Made by a program: the position numbers and the translations under genes
Part shown: one piece after another, positions 33,739 to 42,595 of the stretch
Layout: each line of letters begins with the position of its first letter
How positions within the stretch are numbered: position 1 is the stretch's first letter
Assembly: GCA_963744145.1 (NCBI GenBank)
Contig: CAVUSO010000001.1
Span: 4,224,001-4,288,000 of the forward strand
Direction: 5' to 3'
DNA: 64,000 nucleotides
From: an uncultured cyanobacterium
GTDB lineage: Bacteria > Cyanobacteriota > Cyanobacteriia > Cyanobacteriales > CAWUOF01
The notes under the pieces: generated by a model
What the model saw: the letters and a program-made list of their open reading frames with translations, nothing else
Told to the model about the DNA's origin: nothing
The model's database searches: none

Positions 33739-34332
33739 CTACAAAATATCGTCAACGCTGATCTCTATGTCTGGGAATGACAGGGGTGAGATACTTTCAC
33801 CACGTCTAAATTGTTGGATACTTTCATAACCGTTCGGACCAGGATTGCGGTAGACCTCTATCAATTCGGCTTTTACATCTACGATCCAAAGTTCAATAAT
33901 TCCTGCTTGACTGTAGAGGACTGATTTTTCATTACGGTCATATCCCGCCGTGGTGACCGATACTTCAATTAATAGATATACGTCTTGGGGTTGTGGGAGT
34001 TGATACCTGTAACGATCACCACGCCGTTTCAAAATTGATATATCCGGTTCTGGTTCTAATCTGCCGTTTAGCCTGACTGGGGTCTGGGCTACGACTGATG
34101 CACGATCATTTAAAAGTTTGGGAAAAATTTCAATCAGCCCAATTAAACAACTTACATGACCACTACCCATCGGTGCCATAAGCATAATATCCCCATCAAT
34201 TAGTTCTGTCCGTTCATCCGGTCCGATTATCCCTAATTCACCCAGTTGGTGATATTCCTCGACCGTGAACTTCTTTCTTGTTGGTGTTGTTGCTGTTGCT
34301 ACTGCGATCATCTTTCTCACCATCCTATCCAC
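33739..34332 (-). CDS. Uma2 family endonuclease
   Basis: ELIDG, PEPD and LLIEVS. Confidence 0.9.
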   Translation of the reverse strand: MDRMVRKMIAVATATTPTRKKFTVEEYHQLGELGIIGPDERTELIDGDIMLMAPMGSGHVSCLIGLIEIFPKLLNDRASVVAQTPVRLNGRLEPEPDISILKRRGDRYRYQLPQPQDVYLLIEVSVTTAGYDRNEKSVLYSQAGIIELWIVDVKAELIEVYRNPGPNGYESIQQFRRGESISPLSFPDIEISVDDIL

Positions 34333-34524
34333 TAATTCTTATTCTAAATTGTTTAGATAGGCTTTGTTATATTTAGAATATCACTTTAAATTCTGCCAAG
34401 CCATCAGTAAAGCTTCAACTCAAAATTACTGCTCACAATTAAGCTGTGTTTAAGGGTACAATTAATTGTTAGGTAGACCCCATTCAAGCAATAGGATGGT
34501 AAGAAAGATGGTGGAAGTGACAGC

Positions 34525-34752
34525 AGCAACGAATATGACCGTAATGAAAAATCAATCCTCTACAGTCAAGCAGGAATTATTGAACTTTGGATTGTAGATG
34601 TAGAAGGGGCGTATTGCAATACGCCCATACTCGATGTTTATCGTAATCCTGGTCCGAACGGTTATGAAAGTATCCAACAATTCAGACGCGGAGAAACTAT
34701 CTCACCCCTGTCATTCCCAGACATAGTGATCAGTGTTGGCGATATTTTGTAG
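34525..34752 (+). pseudogene. Inverted C-terminal Uma2 fragment with REP insertion
   Basis: YDRNEKSILYSQAGIIELWIVD...ISPLSFPDIVISVGDIL* with no N-terminus; gggcgtattgcaatacgccc lies inside. Confidence 0.85.
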
Positions 34753-34858
34753 ACCAACCGATCCTAAAATCCACTTCGATTACTAATCAAACGGATATGA
34801 AGCTTGAAACGGTTAGCTATAAATATTTACAGCGATTGAATCTGGGTGATTAATTCTG

Positions 34859-35233
34859 TTAACCTTGTCCGTTGCCTTGGTTTCTCTGTTGCAGTTGTAA
34901 ATATTCCCAGATGCGTCTAATCTCGGCTCGATCTTCTTCACGTTGTCGGGATGCTGACCTATCGTGTCGTACCAATTCCGTAACTAATCCCGACAAGTCT
35001 GTAATTATTCCCGACAAGTCTGTAACGGTATTTTGTAGTTGCAACTGACCGTATGCCATTAAATCTACCTTTTCAGTTAATCGCTCTATCTTCTCTGTAA
35101 TAGATGAAAGATTTTGCTGAACTACGAGCATTTCATCAAGCATAATATTTGTTCTTTTCCCAAACTCTGTCTCGTTCTGACTAACTCGTTCCCTTAAATT
35201 AGTTATTTGTTCTTGTAGTGAATTAGTTTCCAT
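34859..35233 (-). CDS. Small coiled-coil protein, tandem copy 1
   Basis: Heptad-rich; near-identical to 35470-35823 with an extra 21-bp unit. Confidence 0.75.
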   Translation of the reverse strand: METNSLQEQITNLRERVSQNETEFGKRTNIMLDEMLVVQQNLSSITEKIERLTEKVDLMAYGQLQLQNTVTDLSGIITDLSGLVTELVRHDRSASRQREEDRAEIRRIWEYLQLQQRNQGNGQG

Positions 35234-35469
35234 TTTGCTTTAGTTGATTTGGCTCAATTTTATTGTCACTATCCGTTAGCGTTACATTCACGTAGTGTAC
35301 CATAGGTAATCGCTTGTTCCAGTTCTGCTTTGGAATTGCCGATTCAAGCAAGTATCTTAACAAATCTTTGCATCCTGTCCTATTTTGCACGTATCCTGGT
35401 AGGACTCGGTAAGGTAAGAGTAAAAAACTATAAATATTTACAGCGATTGAATCCGGGTGATTAATTCTG

Positions 35470-35823
35470 TTAACCTTGTCCGTTGCCTTGGTTTCTCTGT
35501 TGCAGTTGTAAATATTCCCAGATGCGTCTGATCTCTGCTCGATCTTCTTCACGTTGTCGGGATGCTTCCATATCGCGTCGTACTAATTCCATAATTAATC
35601 CGGACAAGTCTGTAATCGTATTTTGTAGTTGCAACTGACCATATGCCATTAAATCTACCCTTTCAGTTAATCGCTCTATCTTCTCTGTAATAGATGAAAG
35701 ATTTTGCTGAACTACGAGCATTTCATCAAGCATAATATTTGTTCTTTTCCCAAACTCTGTCTCGTTCTGACTAACTCGTTCCCTTAAATTAGTTATTTGT
35801 TCTTGTAGTGAATTAGTTTCCAT
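35470..35823 (-). CDS. Small coiled-coil protein, tandem copy 2
   Basis: Tandem duplicate of 34859-35233. Confidence 0.75.
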   Translation of the reverse strand: METNSLQEQITNLRERVSQNETEFGKRTNIMLDEMLVVQQNLSSITEKIERLTERVDLMAYGQLQLQNTITDLSGLIMELVRRDMEASRQREEDRAEIRRIWEYLQLQQRNQGNGQG

Positions 35824-35969
35824 TTTGCTTTAGTTGATTTGGCTCAATTTTATTGTCACTATCCGTTAGCGTTACATTCACTTAGTGTACCATAGGTAAT
35901 CGCTTGTTCCAGTTCGGCTTTGGAATTGCCGATTCAAGCAAGTATCTTAACAAATCTTTGCATCTTGTC

Positions 35970-38298
35970 CTATTTTGCACGTATTCCGGTAGGACTCGGT
36001 AAGGTGAGAGTAAAAGCAGTCTGACCTGGTGGGGTGCGATCAATCTTTAAATCACCACCATGTGCCCGGGCAATTTCTCGTGATAAACTAAGTCCTAAAC
36101 CAGTACCCTCAATTTGACGGTTACGTGCTGATCCACCTCGATGAAAACGTTCAAAAATTTGTTTGTGTTCACTAATTGGAATAGTCTCAGAACTATTACT
36201 GACTGTAACACAGACCGTAAAACCATAAAGTTTGGCTTCAATCCGGACCCAACCAGAGGGTAAGTTATATTTAATCGCATTAGTCAAAAGATTCTGTAAG
36301 ACCTGGACTATTAAATCGCGATCGCCCCAAATTTTTAAATTTTGCCCAATCTCACTTTGCAATTCTAGTTCAGGAGCAAGAATTTCTAGATCATCAGTTA
36401 AATCGACTAACATCTTAGATAAATCCATTTCAATTGCGTGTAAACGCATTTGTCCAGCATCAGCTAAGGAGAGGAGTAAGAGCTTACGAACAATGGTACT
36501 TAAGCGACATACTTCATCGAGGAGATGACTAAATTTTTGCTGAAGTTCGGAACCGGAATCAACTTGTTGGAGAGCGCATTCCAATTCTCCCTGTAAAATT
36601 GCTAAGGGGGTTTTTAGTTCATGAGCTGCATCAGCACTAAAACGTAAAGCTTGTTTAAAACTACGTTCTAATCGTCCCATCATCTGATTAAATACTTTCA
36701 GTAATTCCACAAATTCCAGAATCTGCTGTACCGATCGCAATCCTTTGATCTAATCCTTTAGCGGTTACTCTTTTAATCTTACCCGTAACTTCATGTAAGG
36801 GTTTAAGCGCACGTCCCGATAACCACCAAGCTCCCAATGCTACCAAAATTAGAGCGACGGGAATGGAAATCAAAAAAATATTACCAATCGTATTCATTTC
36901 CCGATCGATCAAGATTAAATTAATCGCGATCGCAATGCGTATTCCGGGAGTTGTCACTGCTCCAACTCGCCAATAACCGCTCAGAGTCTTTTTGGTAAAA
37001 AAATTAATATGATGGGGAATATTTTCTGGTGGTGGTAATTCTTCCGGAAGTGGGTTTACTGGTAACTGGGATGGGTGCCGAAAACTATCTCCTGGTGTGG
37101 GTGAGGAAGATGGTTTTTTCGGTGTTGAATTTAAAGTTGGATCTCGTTTTTCCGGAATCTCAGCAGATGGTAATTGTTTATTTGTTTCTAAATTTGAAGT
37201 TGGATAGGATTTTTCTTCAATTCCGTGAGAAGAAGATGGATTTTTCTCCACTGAGTTTGGTGCTGATTCCCTTCTTTCTTGAATTTCAATAACAGAAGAT
37301 TGTTTATTATGGATGGGGGTTGGTACTGGCTTTGGTTTTTCCGAGATACTAGGAGAGGGAGACGGTTTTTTCTCAACTGGACTCGGTACTGGCTTTGGGT
37401 TTTCCGGGATACTAGGAGAGGGAGACGGTTTTTTCTCAACTGGACTCGGTACTGGCTTTGGGTTTTCCGGGATACTAGGAGAGGGAGACGGTTTTTTCTC
37501 AACTGGACTCGGTACTGGCTCTGGTTTTTCCGGGATACTAGGAGGGGAAATCGGTTCTGGTTTTTCTGAATTTGGTGCTGGGGTTTGTTCTCCAGGGATT
37601 TCTGGTGGAGGAAATTGTCTTTCTCCTGGGGGATTAGATGGGGAAATGGGTTGACTGGGAATTCCTGGTGGAGGAAATTGTCTTTCTCCTGGGGGATTAG
37701 AGGGAGAAAAAGGTTGATCGGGAATTCCTGATGGAGGAAATTGTCTTTCTCCTGGAGGATTAGAGGGAGGAAAAGGTTGACCAGGAATTCCTGGTGGAGG
37801 AAATTGTCTTTCTCCTGGGGGATTAGAGGGAGAAAAAGGTTGATCGGGAATTCCTGGTGGAGGAAATTGTCTTTCTCCTGGAGGGTTTTGGGGTGGATGT
37901 GGTTGGATTTGAGGGAAGAAAATTTTTAAGGGATCGGCAAATAAAGATAATTCGAGACTAGATAATAGGGGAAATAATTTAGTTTGATCCAGATCAACGG
38001 GCCAACTCTGGGATTGATATAATACTTGTTCAGCATTATCAACCACGAGCAAAGCTACCCCACGTTCAGAACTAACATTAAAAAAAGACGGTAAATCGGC
38101 TTTGTATAATGACCAATGACTGATGGGACGAGGAGGATGGGACTCTCGTAACAACTGACTGGTAATTTCACTGTCAAGACGAGCAACTTTACTTTTATAA
38201 ATAAGTAACCAGGACGCAATTCCAAAACCGATTAGGGTACTACCTGCTAATAAGACGGAGAGGAAAGCAATCCGGAAACGGAAAGAACGTAACTTCAC
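35970..38298 (-). pseudogene. CusS/CzcS-like sensor histidine kinase with Pro-rich insert, split by one extra base near 36720
   Basis: TM/HAMP part in 36688-38298; FSADAAHELKTPL, NAIKYN and GTGLGL in 35970-36740. Removing one T at gat-t-ctg joins the frames. Confidence 0.8.
37313..37890 (-). repeat. Two blocks of 63-bp coding tandem repeats (PPGERQFPPPGIP... x5; PKPVPSPVEKKPSPSPSIPE x3-4)
   Basis: Visible in both DNA and protein. Confidence 0.92.
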
Positions 38299-38301
38299 GG
38301 T

Positions 38302-38982
38302 TTAATCTCCTCCGATTTTCCGAAACCGATAACCTACTCCACGGACACTTTCTAGATAGTCAACTCCACCCACTTGCTCCAGCTTTTTTCTGATGCGTTG
38401 AATACAAACATCAACTAGATTAGTATTTGGGTTAAAATCATATCCCCACACATGTTCAAGGATTTGGGTGCGAGTAAAGACCCGACCCGAGGAACGCATC
38501 AGGTATTCTAAGAGGTTAAACTCACGGGTAGTTAATTCGACGGACTGTTGATTATAGGTAACTTCACGAGTAATCCGATCGAGTTTTAGTGGTCCAGCAC
38601 TTAAGATATTTTGCCGATCGCCCGTCACTCTTCGGATTACTGCATGAATCCGAGCAATTAGTTCTTCGACAAAAAAAGGTTTAGATAAATAGTCATCAGC
38701 ACCAAAATTTAGTCCTTCTAGTCGATCGTTTAATTCATTGCGAGCTGTCAGTAAAATTACTGGTACATTCCGACCACTACGACGTAAGCTTTTGAGGATG
38801 AATAATCCATCCTTACCGGGAAGCATGATATCAAGCACAATTACATCATACTGATTCTCCATCGCCCGATTATATCCTTCATCACCATTATCCGTATAAT
38901 CAACGAGGAATCCCTGTTCTTTTAGTCCAGCACAGACAAAGCTGGCAATTTTCGCTTCATCTTCACAATAGAGAACATTCAT
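38302..38982 (-). CDS. OmpR-family response regulator (CusR/CzcR-like)
   Basis: EDE, LDIMLP, GADDYLSKPF, VWGYDF and VRGVGY. Confidence 0.92.
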   Translation of the reverse strand: MNVLYCEDEAKIASFVCAGLKEQGFLVDYTDNGDEGYNRAMENQYDVIVLDIMLPGKDGLFILKSLRRSGRNVPVILLTARNELNDRLEGLNFGADDYLSKPFFVEELIARIHAVIRRVTGDRQNILSAGPLKLDRITREVTYNQQSVELTTREFNLLEYLMRSSGRVFTRTQILEHVWGYDFNPNTNLVDVCIQRIRKKLEQVGGVDYLESVRGVGYRFRKIGGD

Positions 38983-39040
38983 TTGCAGAATTAATGATTG
39001 CGATTATACCCTATTCTAGCTCAATTTGACACCAACTTAA

Positions 39041-39056
39041 ATTACAAAAATGTAAT
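39041..39056. promoter_or_regulatory. ATTAC-N6-GTAAT palindromic operator, candidate regulator box
   Basis: attacaaaaatgtaat lies between the divergent regulator and operon; matches the CzcR-type box as I recall it. Confidence 0.6.
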
Positions 39057-39207
39057 TCAGCCATGTATAGAGATGTAATTTTTAGGTTGCTTAATGAAAT
39101 TATCGGGAAGAGGAAAGCCAAAAACGCAAATAAAGGTCATCTTCTTCTGCTTCAGTAAAATCACTTTCTTTCCCTCTATAAACTGCAACTATTTCAGGAG
39201 AATACTG

Positions 39208-39720
39208 ATGAAATTACGGAACTTAGTTTGTGTAGGAATTGTCTCACTGTTTATTCCTGTTAGTAGTCATCTTGCTTTTGCTCAATCCGAATTAAGTCAG
39301 ACTCAATCAAATTCAACTCCTGTTGATTCTAGTAATCAGAATTCCCCTTGTCCTCCTCCACCAACTATGGGTGGAAAGGGACCTGAAGGTAATGCTTTAC
39401 CACCTTGGTCTAAAGATATTAATCTGAGTAATCAACAAATAGAACAGATTAAAACACTCCACGAACAATCTCAAAAAGATACGGAAAGTTTACGACAACA
39501 ACTCCATCAAGCTGAAGACCAAATGCGATCGCTGTTAGAAAGTGATGCTCCGATGGATAAGTTACAGCAACAACATCAACAAATTCAAACCCTACGTCAA
39601 CAACTTGATGATAAACATTTCCAAATGATGGTAGCTGAAAATAAGCTTTTAACTCCCGCTCAACGTAGTCAAATTAGCAAATTTATGCAGCAACATCGTC
39701 CTCCTCAACCACCAATGTAA
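39208..39720 (+). CDS. Spy/CpxP-family (LTxxQ) periplasmic protein
   Basis: AGGAG before ATG 39208, signal-peptide-like start, LSNQQ and LTPAQR motifs. Confidence 0.82.
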   Translation: MKLRNLVCVGIVSLFIPVSSHLAFAQSELSQTQSNSTPVDSSNQNSPCPPPPTMGGKGPEGNALPPWSKDINLSNQQIEQIKTLHEQSQKDTESLRQQLHQAEDQMRSLLESDAPMDKLQQQHQQIQTLRQQLDDKHFQMMVAENKLLTPAQRSQISKFMQQHRPPQPPM

Positions 39721-39785
39721 TTTATCTTTTATCACCTTATCTTGCTCAAAAACAACTTTGTCATTACCTAAATCGGAGAAAAAAG

Positions 39786-40028
39786 ATGTCAGCTTTTACT
39801 ACTTTATCAATCACGGAAGATGGATTTGCTTTCGACTCAAAAACTGGCGAAAGCTATATTTTAAACAGTTGCGCTCAATTGGTGATTAAAGGTTTACAAA
39901 AAGGCGAAAATCGTCAAGATATCATTCACAATCTGGCACGGGAATTTGGGGTCACTCAAAATACAATTGAACGAGATATTGCCGACTTTTTTGGACAACT
40001 CAATAGTTTAGGAATGTTCACTAACTAA
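39786..40028 (+). CDS. PqqD-family (RRE-like) small protein
   Basis: FDSKTGESYILN...LAREFGV....IERDIADFFGQL. Confidence 0.8.
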   Translation: MSAFTTLSITEDGFAFDSKTGESYILNSCAQLVIKGLQKGENRQDIIHNLAREFGVTQNTIERDIADFFGQLNSLGMFTN

Positions 40029-40087
40029 GCTGAGGAAAAGTTGGTTGGAAATAATAAATAAACAGAATAATTCAGAGGAGGAAATCA

Positions 40088-41128
40088 ATGAGACATCCAA
40101 CCATAGCTGTTACGGGGATTAATGCGGTAGATAATCCTGGTCCTGGGACAGGAGTTGCCCGAAGTTTACGCGAAGATCAAGAATTATCAATGCAAATTGT
40201 TGGTCTAGCTTATGACGCAATGGAACCAGGGTTATATATGGATTGGCTATTCGATCGCCGTTATATTATGCCATATCCTGCGGCTGAACCGGAAGTTTCT
40301 TTAGAACGATTAGAACAAATTCAGTCACAATTTGGACTTGATTGCATTATCCCTAATTTCGATCTCGAATTACCCCTTTACATTCGTTATGCTCAGGAGC
40401 TAAAAGCACTCGGAATTCACACTTATCTACCTACTAAAGCTCAATTTGCGCTCCGTAATAAAGCGAATTTGACTGAAGCTGCGAAAAATTTTGGAGTAGA
40501 GACACCCAAGACTATTGTAGTAAGTTCAGTACAGGAATTGCAGGAAGCGACCAAAGAATTAGGGTTTCCCTTAATGATTAAAGGACCCTATTACAAAGCT
40601 TACAAAGTTTCTAGCAATCAAGAAGCATTACATCGCTTTTATCACTTAGCTAATGAATGGGGATATCCCATCATTGTGCAACAGATAGTGAGTGGAATTG
40701 AATTGAATTTAGTCTCAGTTGGGGATGGTAAAGGGAGTCACCTCGGTTTAGTCGCAATTAAAAAGATGGGGGTGACAGATTTAGGGAAAATCTGGAGTGG
40801 TTTAACGATTCATCATCCTGGGTTATTAAAAGTTGCGGAAAACTTTCTTCAACATACCCAATGGAAAGGTCCGTTTGAACTCGAATGTATCGCGGATGTG
40901 GATGGAACTATCTATCTGATTGAAATTAACCCTCGATTTCCAGCATGGACTTATTTTGCTACAGGAGTGGGAGTTAATTTACCTGCTCGATTAGTCCGAG
41001 CTGCTCTAGGATTACCTTTACCTCCCTTAGAACCCTATCCCGTCGGTAAATTATTGATGCGTTATACCTACGAAATGGTCATGGACGCAACCCCTCTACA
41101 AACCTTAGTAACCATCGGAGAAAGATAA
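40088..41128 (+). CDS. ATP-grasp carboxylate-amine ligase-like protein
   Basis: GFPLMIKG, IIVQQ.V.G.E and LIEINPRF. Confidence 0.85.
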   Translation: MRHPTIAVTGINAVDNPGPGTGVARSLREDQELSMQIVGLAYDAMEPGLYMDWLFDRRYIMPYPAAEPEVSLERLEQIQSQFGLDCIIPNFDLELPLYIRYAQELKALGIHTYLPTKAQFALRNKANLTEAAKNFGVETPKTIVVSSVQELQEATKELGFPLMIKGPYYKAYKVSSNQEALHRFYHLANEWGYPIIVQQIVSGIELNLVSVGDGKGSHLGLVAIKKMGVTDLGKIWSGLTIHHPGLLKVAENFLQHTQWKGPFELECIADVDGTIYLIEINPRFPAWTYFATGVGVNLPARLVRAALGLPLPPLEPYPVGKLLMRYTYEMVMDATPLQTLVTIGER

Positions 41129-41129
41129 A

Positions 41130-42506
41130 ATGTTAGCTCAATACGAAAAACCCGCAATCAAAAAGTTACAAAGTGGATTGATGAATAAGTTTGCTGGAGC
41201 AAGTTCACCACGTCGTAATGTGAAAACGGAAATAGCTGGAATTACGATCGATGATTTAGTTGCTGAGTTTGGTTCACCTCTATTTGTTTATTCTGAGCGA
41301 TCGCTCCGTCGGAAATTCCGGACAATTAAAAGTGCTTTCACTACCCGTTATCCTGATGTGACTTTTGGTTGGTCTTACAAAACTAATTACTTAAAAGCGA
41401 TTTGCGCTATTATGCACCAAGAAGGTGCGATCGCTGAATTGGTTTCCAAAATGGAATATGACAAAGCTAAAGCATTAGGTATTCCGGGAAATCAAATCAT
41501 TCTCAACGGTCCCCACAAACCCTTAGCTACCCTAGAAGCAGCAGTTTTAGATGGAGTGACAATCAATATTGATCATTTAGATGAAATTGACGACTTAGAA
41601 ACGATCGCTACTAAACTAGGACGCACAATTACCGTCGGATTAAGACTAAATCTGGATGTAGGAATTCAACCAAAATGGTCACGATTTGGATTTAATTTAG
41701 AGTCAGGTCAAGCATTAGAAGCAGTGCGACGAATTGCTAAGGGTGGAAAGCTACGTTTGAATGGATTACATAGCCATATTGGCACATTTATCCTTGAACC
41801 TAGTGCTTACGGTCGTCAAGTTGAGAAAATGGTGAAATTTGGTTATGAAATCGAAAATCTGTTTAATTGGAGAATGGATTATATCGATATCGGTGGTGGT
41901 TTTCCCTCTCGGAGTCGTTTAAAAGGTATCTATCATTCTGCTGAAGTAATGTTACCATCAATTGATGAATTTGCTGATGCGATTTGTGACGCTTTATGGG
42001 CAAATCTCAAACCCGGACATACCCCCAAACTGATTATTGAATCCGGACGAGCAATGGTGGATGAAGCAGGTACACTAATCTCAACAGTTTGGGCAAATAA
42101 AACTTTACCTGATGGTACTCCTGCGTATGTAATTGATGCGGGAATTAACCTACTCTTTACTAGCTTTTGGTATCGGTTTGATATCGCACTCGATCGCCAT
42201 GTTTCTGGTTCTGCTCAAAACTCAGTCATTTACGGACCGATGTGCATGAATATTGATGCGATCGATGAAGGAATCTCTTTACCACCTTTACCAAGAGGTA
42301 CAAGACTGGTAATTTCCACAGTTGGAGCTTATAACAATACTCAATGGATGCAATTTATTGAATACCGTCCTAACATTGTTCTCATCAGTGAAAGCGGTAA
42401 TGTTGAATTAATTCGTGAAGCAGAAGACCTCAGTGATTTAGAACGACGGGAACATTTACCAGCTCGATTAAGTCCGATCGCGAATTTATCTACTCGGACT
42501 CATTAA
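41130..42506 (+). CDS. PLP-dependent decarboxylase, DAP/Orn/Arg decarboxylase family
   Basis: FGSPLFVY, SYKTN, SRFG, HSHIG, DIGGGF, ESGR, GPMC and GAY. Confidence 0.88.
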   Translation: MLAQYEKPAIKKLQSGLMNKFAGASSPRRNVKTEIAGITIDDLVAEFGSPLFVYSERSLRRKFRTIKSAFTTRYPDVTFGWSYKTNYLKAICAIMHQEGAIAELVSKMEYDKAKALGIPGNQIILNGPHKPLATLEAAVLDGVTINIDHLDEIDDLETIATKLGRTITVGLRLNLDVGIQPKWSRFGFNLESGQALEAVRRIAKGGKLRLNGLHSHIGTFILEPSAYGRQVEKMVKFGYEIENLFNWRMDYIDIGGGFPSRSRLKGIYHSAEVMLPSIDEFADAICDALWANLKPGHTPKLIIESGRAMVDEAGTLISTVWANKTLPDGTPAYVIDAGINLLFTSFWYRFDIALDRHVSGSAQNSVIYGPMCMNIDAIDEGISLPPLPRGTRLVISTVGAYNNTQWMQFIEYRPNIVLISESGNVELIREAEDLSDLERREHLPARLSPIANLSTRTH

Positions 42507-42521
42507 TTTCTTCTATCTGGT

Positions 42522-42548
42522 GTAGTAAGCGTTCAAAACGCTTACTAC
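42522..42548. repeat. GTAG-type palindrome gtagtaagcgtt-caa-aacgcttactac
   Basis: Perfect 12-bp arms in the intergenic region of the operon. Confidence 0.7.
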
Positions 42549-42595
42549 CAAGTACATCTACTTTCATCACCTCAATCATTAGCGGAGTTAAAAAT

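Noticed and set aside
30783..35463. Canonical integron attC sites
   Set aside because: No consistent RYYYAAC/GTTRRRY core boxes and no integrase in the window; kept only as an analogy.
35223..35552. 109-aa ORF bridging the duplicated genes
   Set aside because: Crosses the duplication junction and overlaps both real genes out of frame.
37029..37929. Alternative-frame and antisense ORFs in the Pro-rich repeats
   Set aside because: Shadow ORFs of a low-complexity coding repeat.
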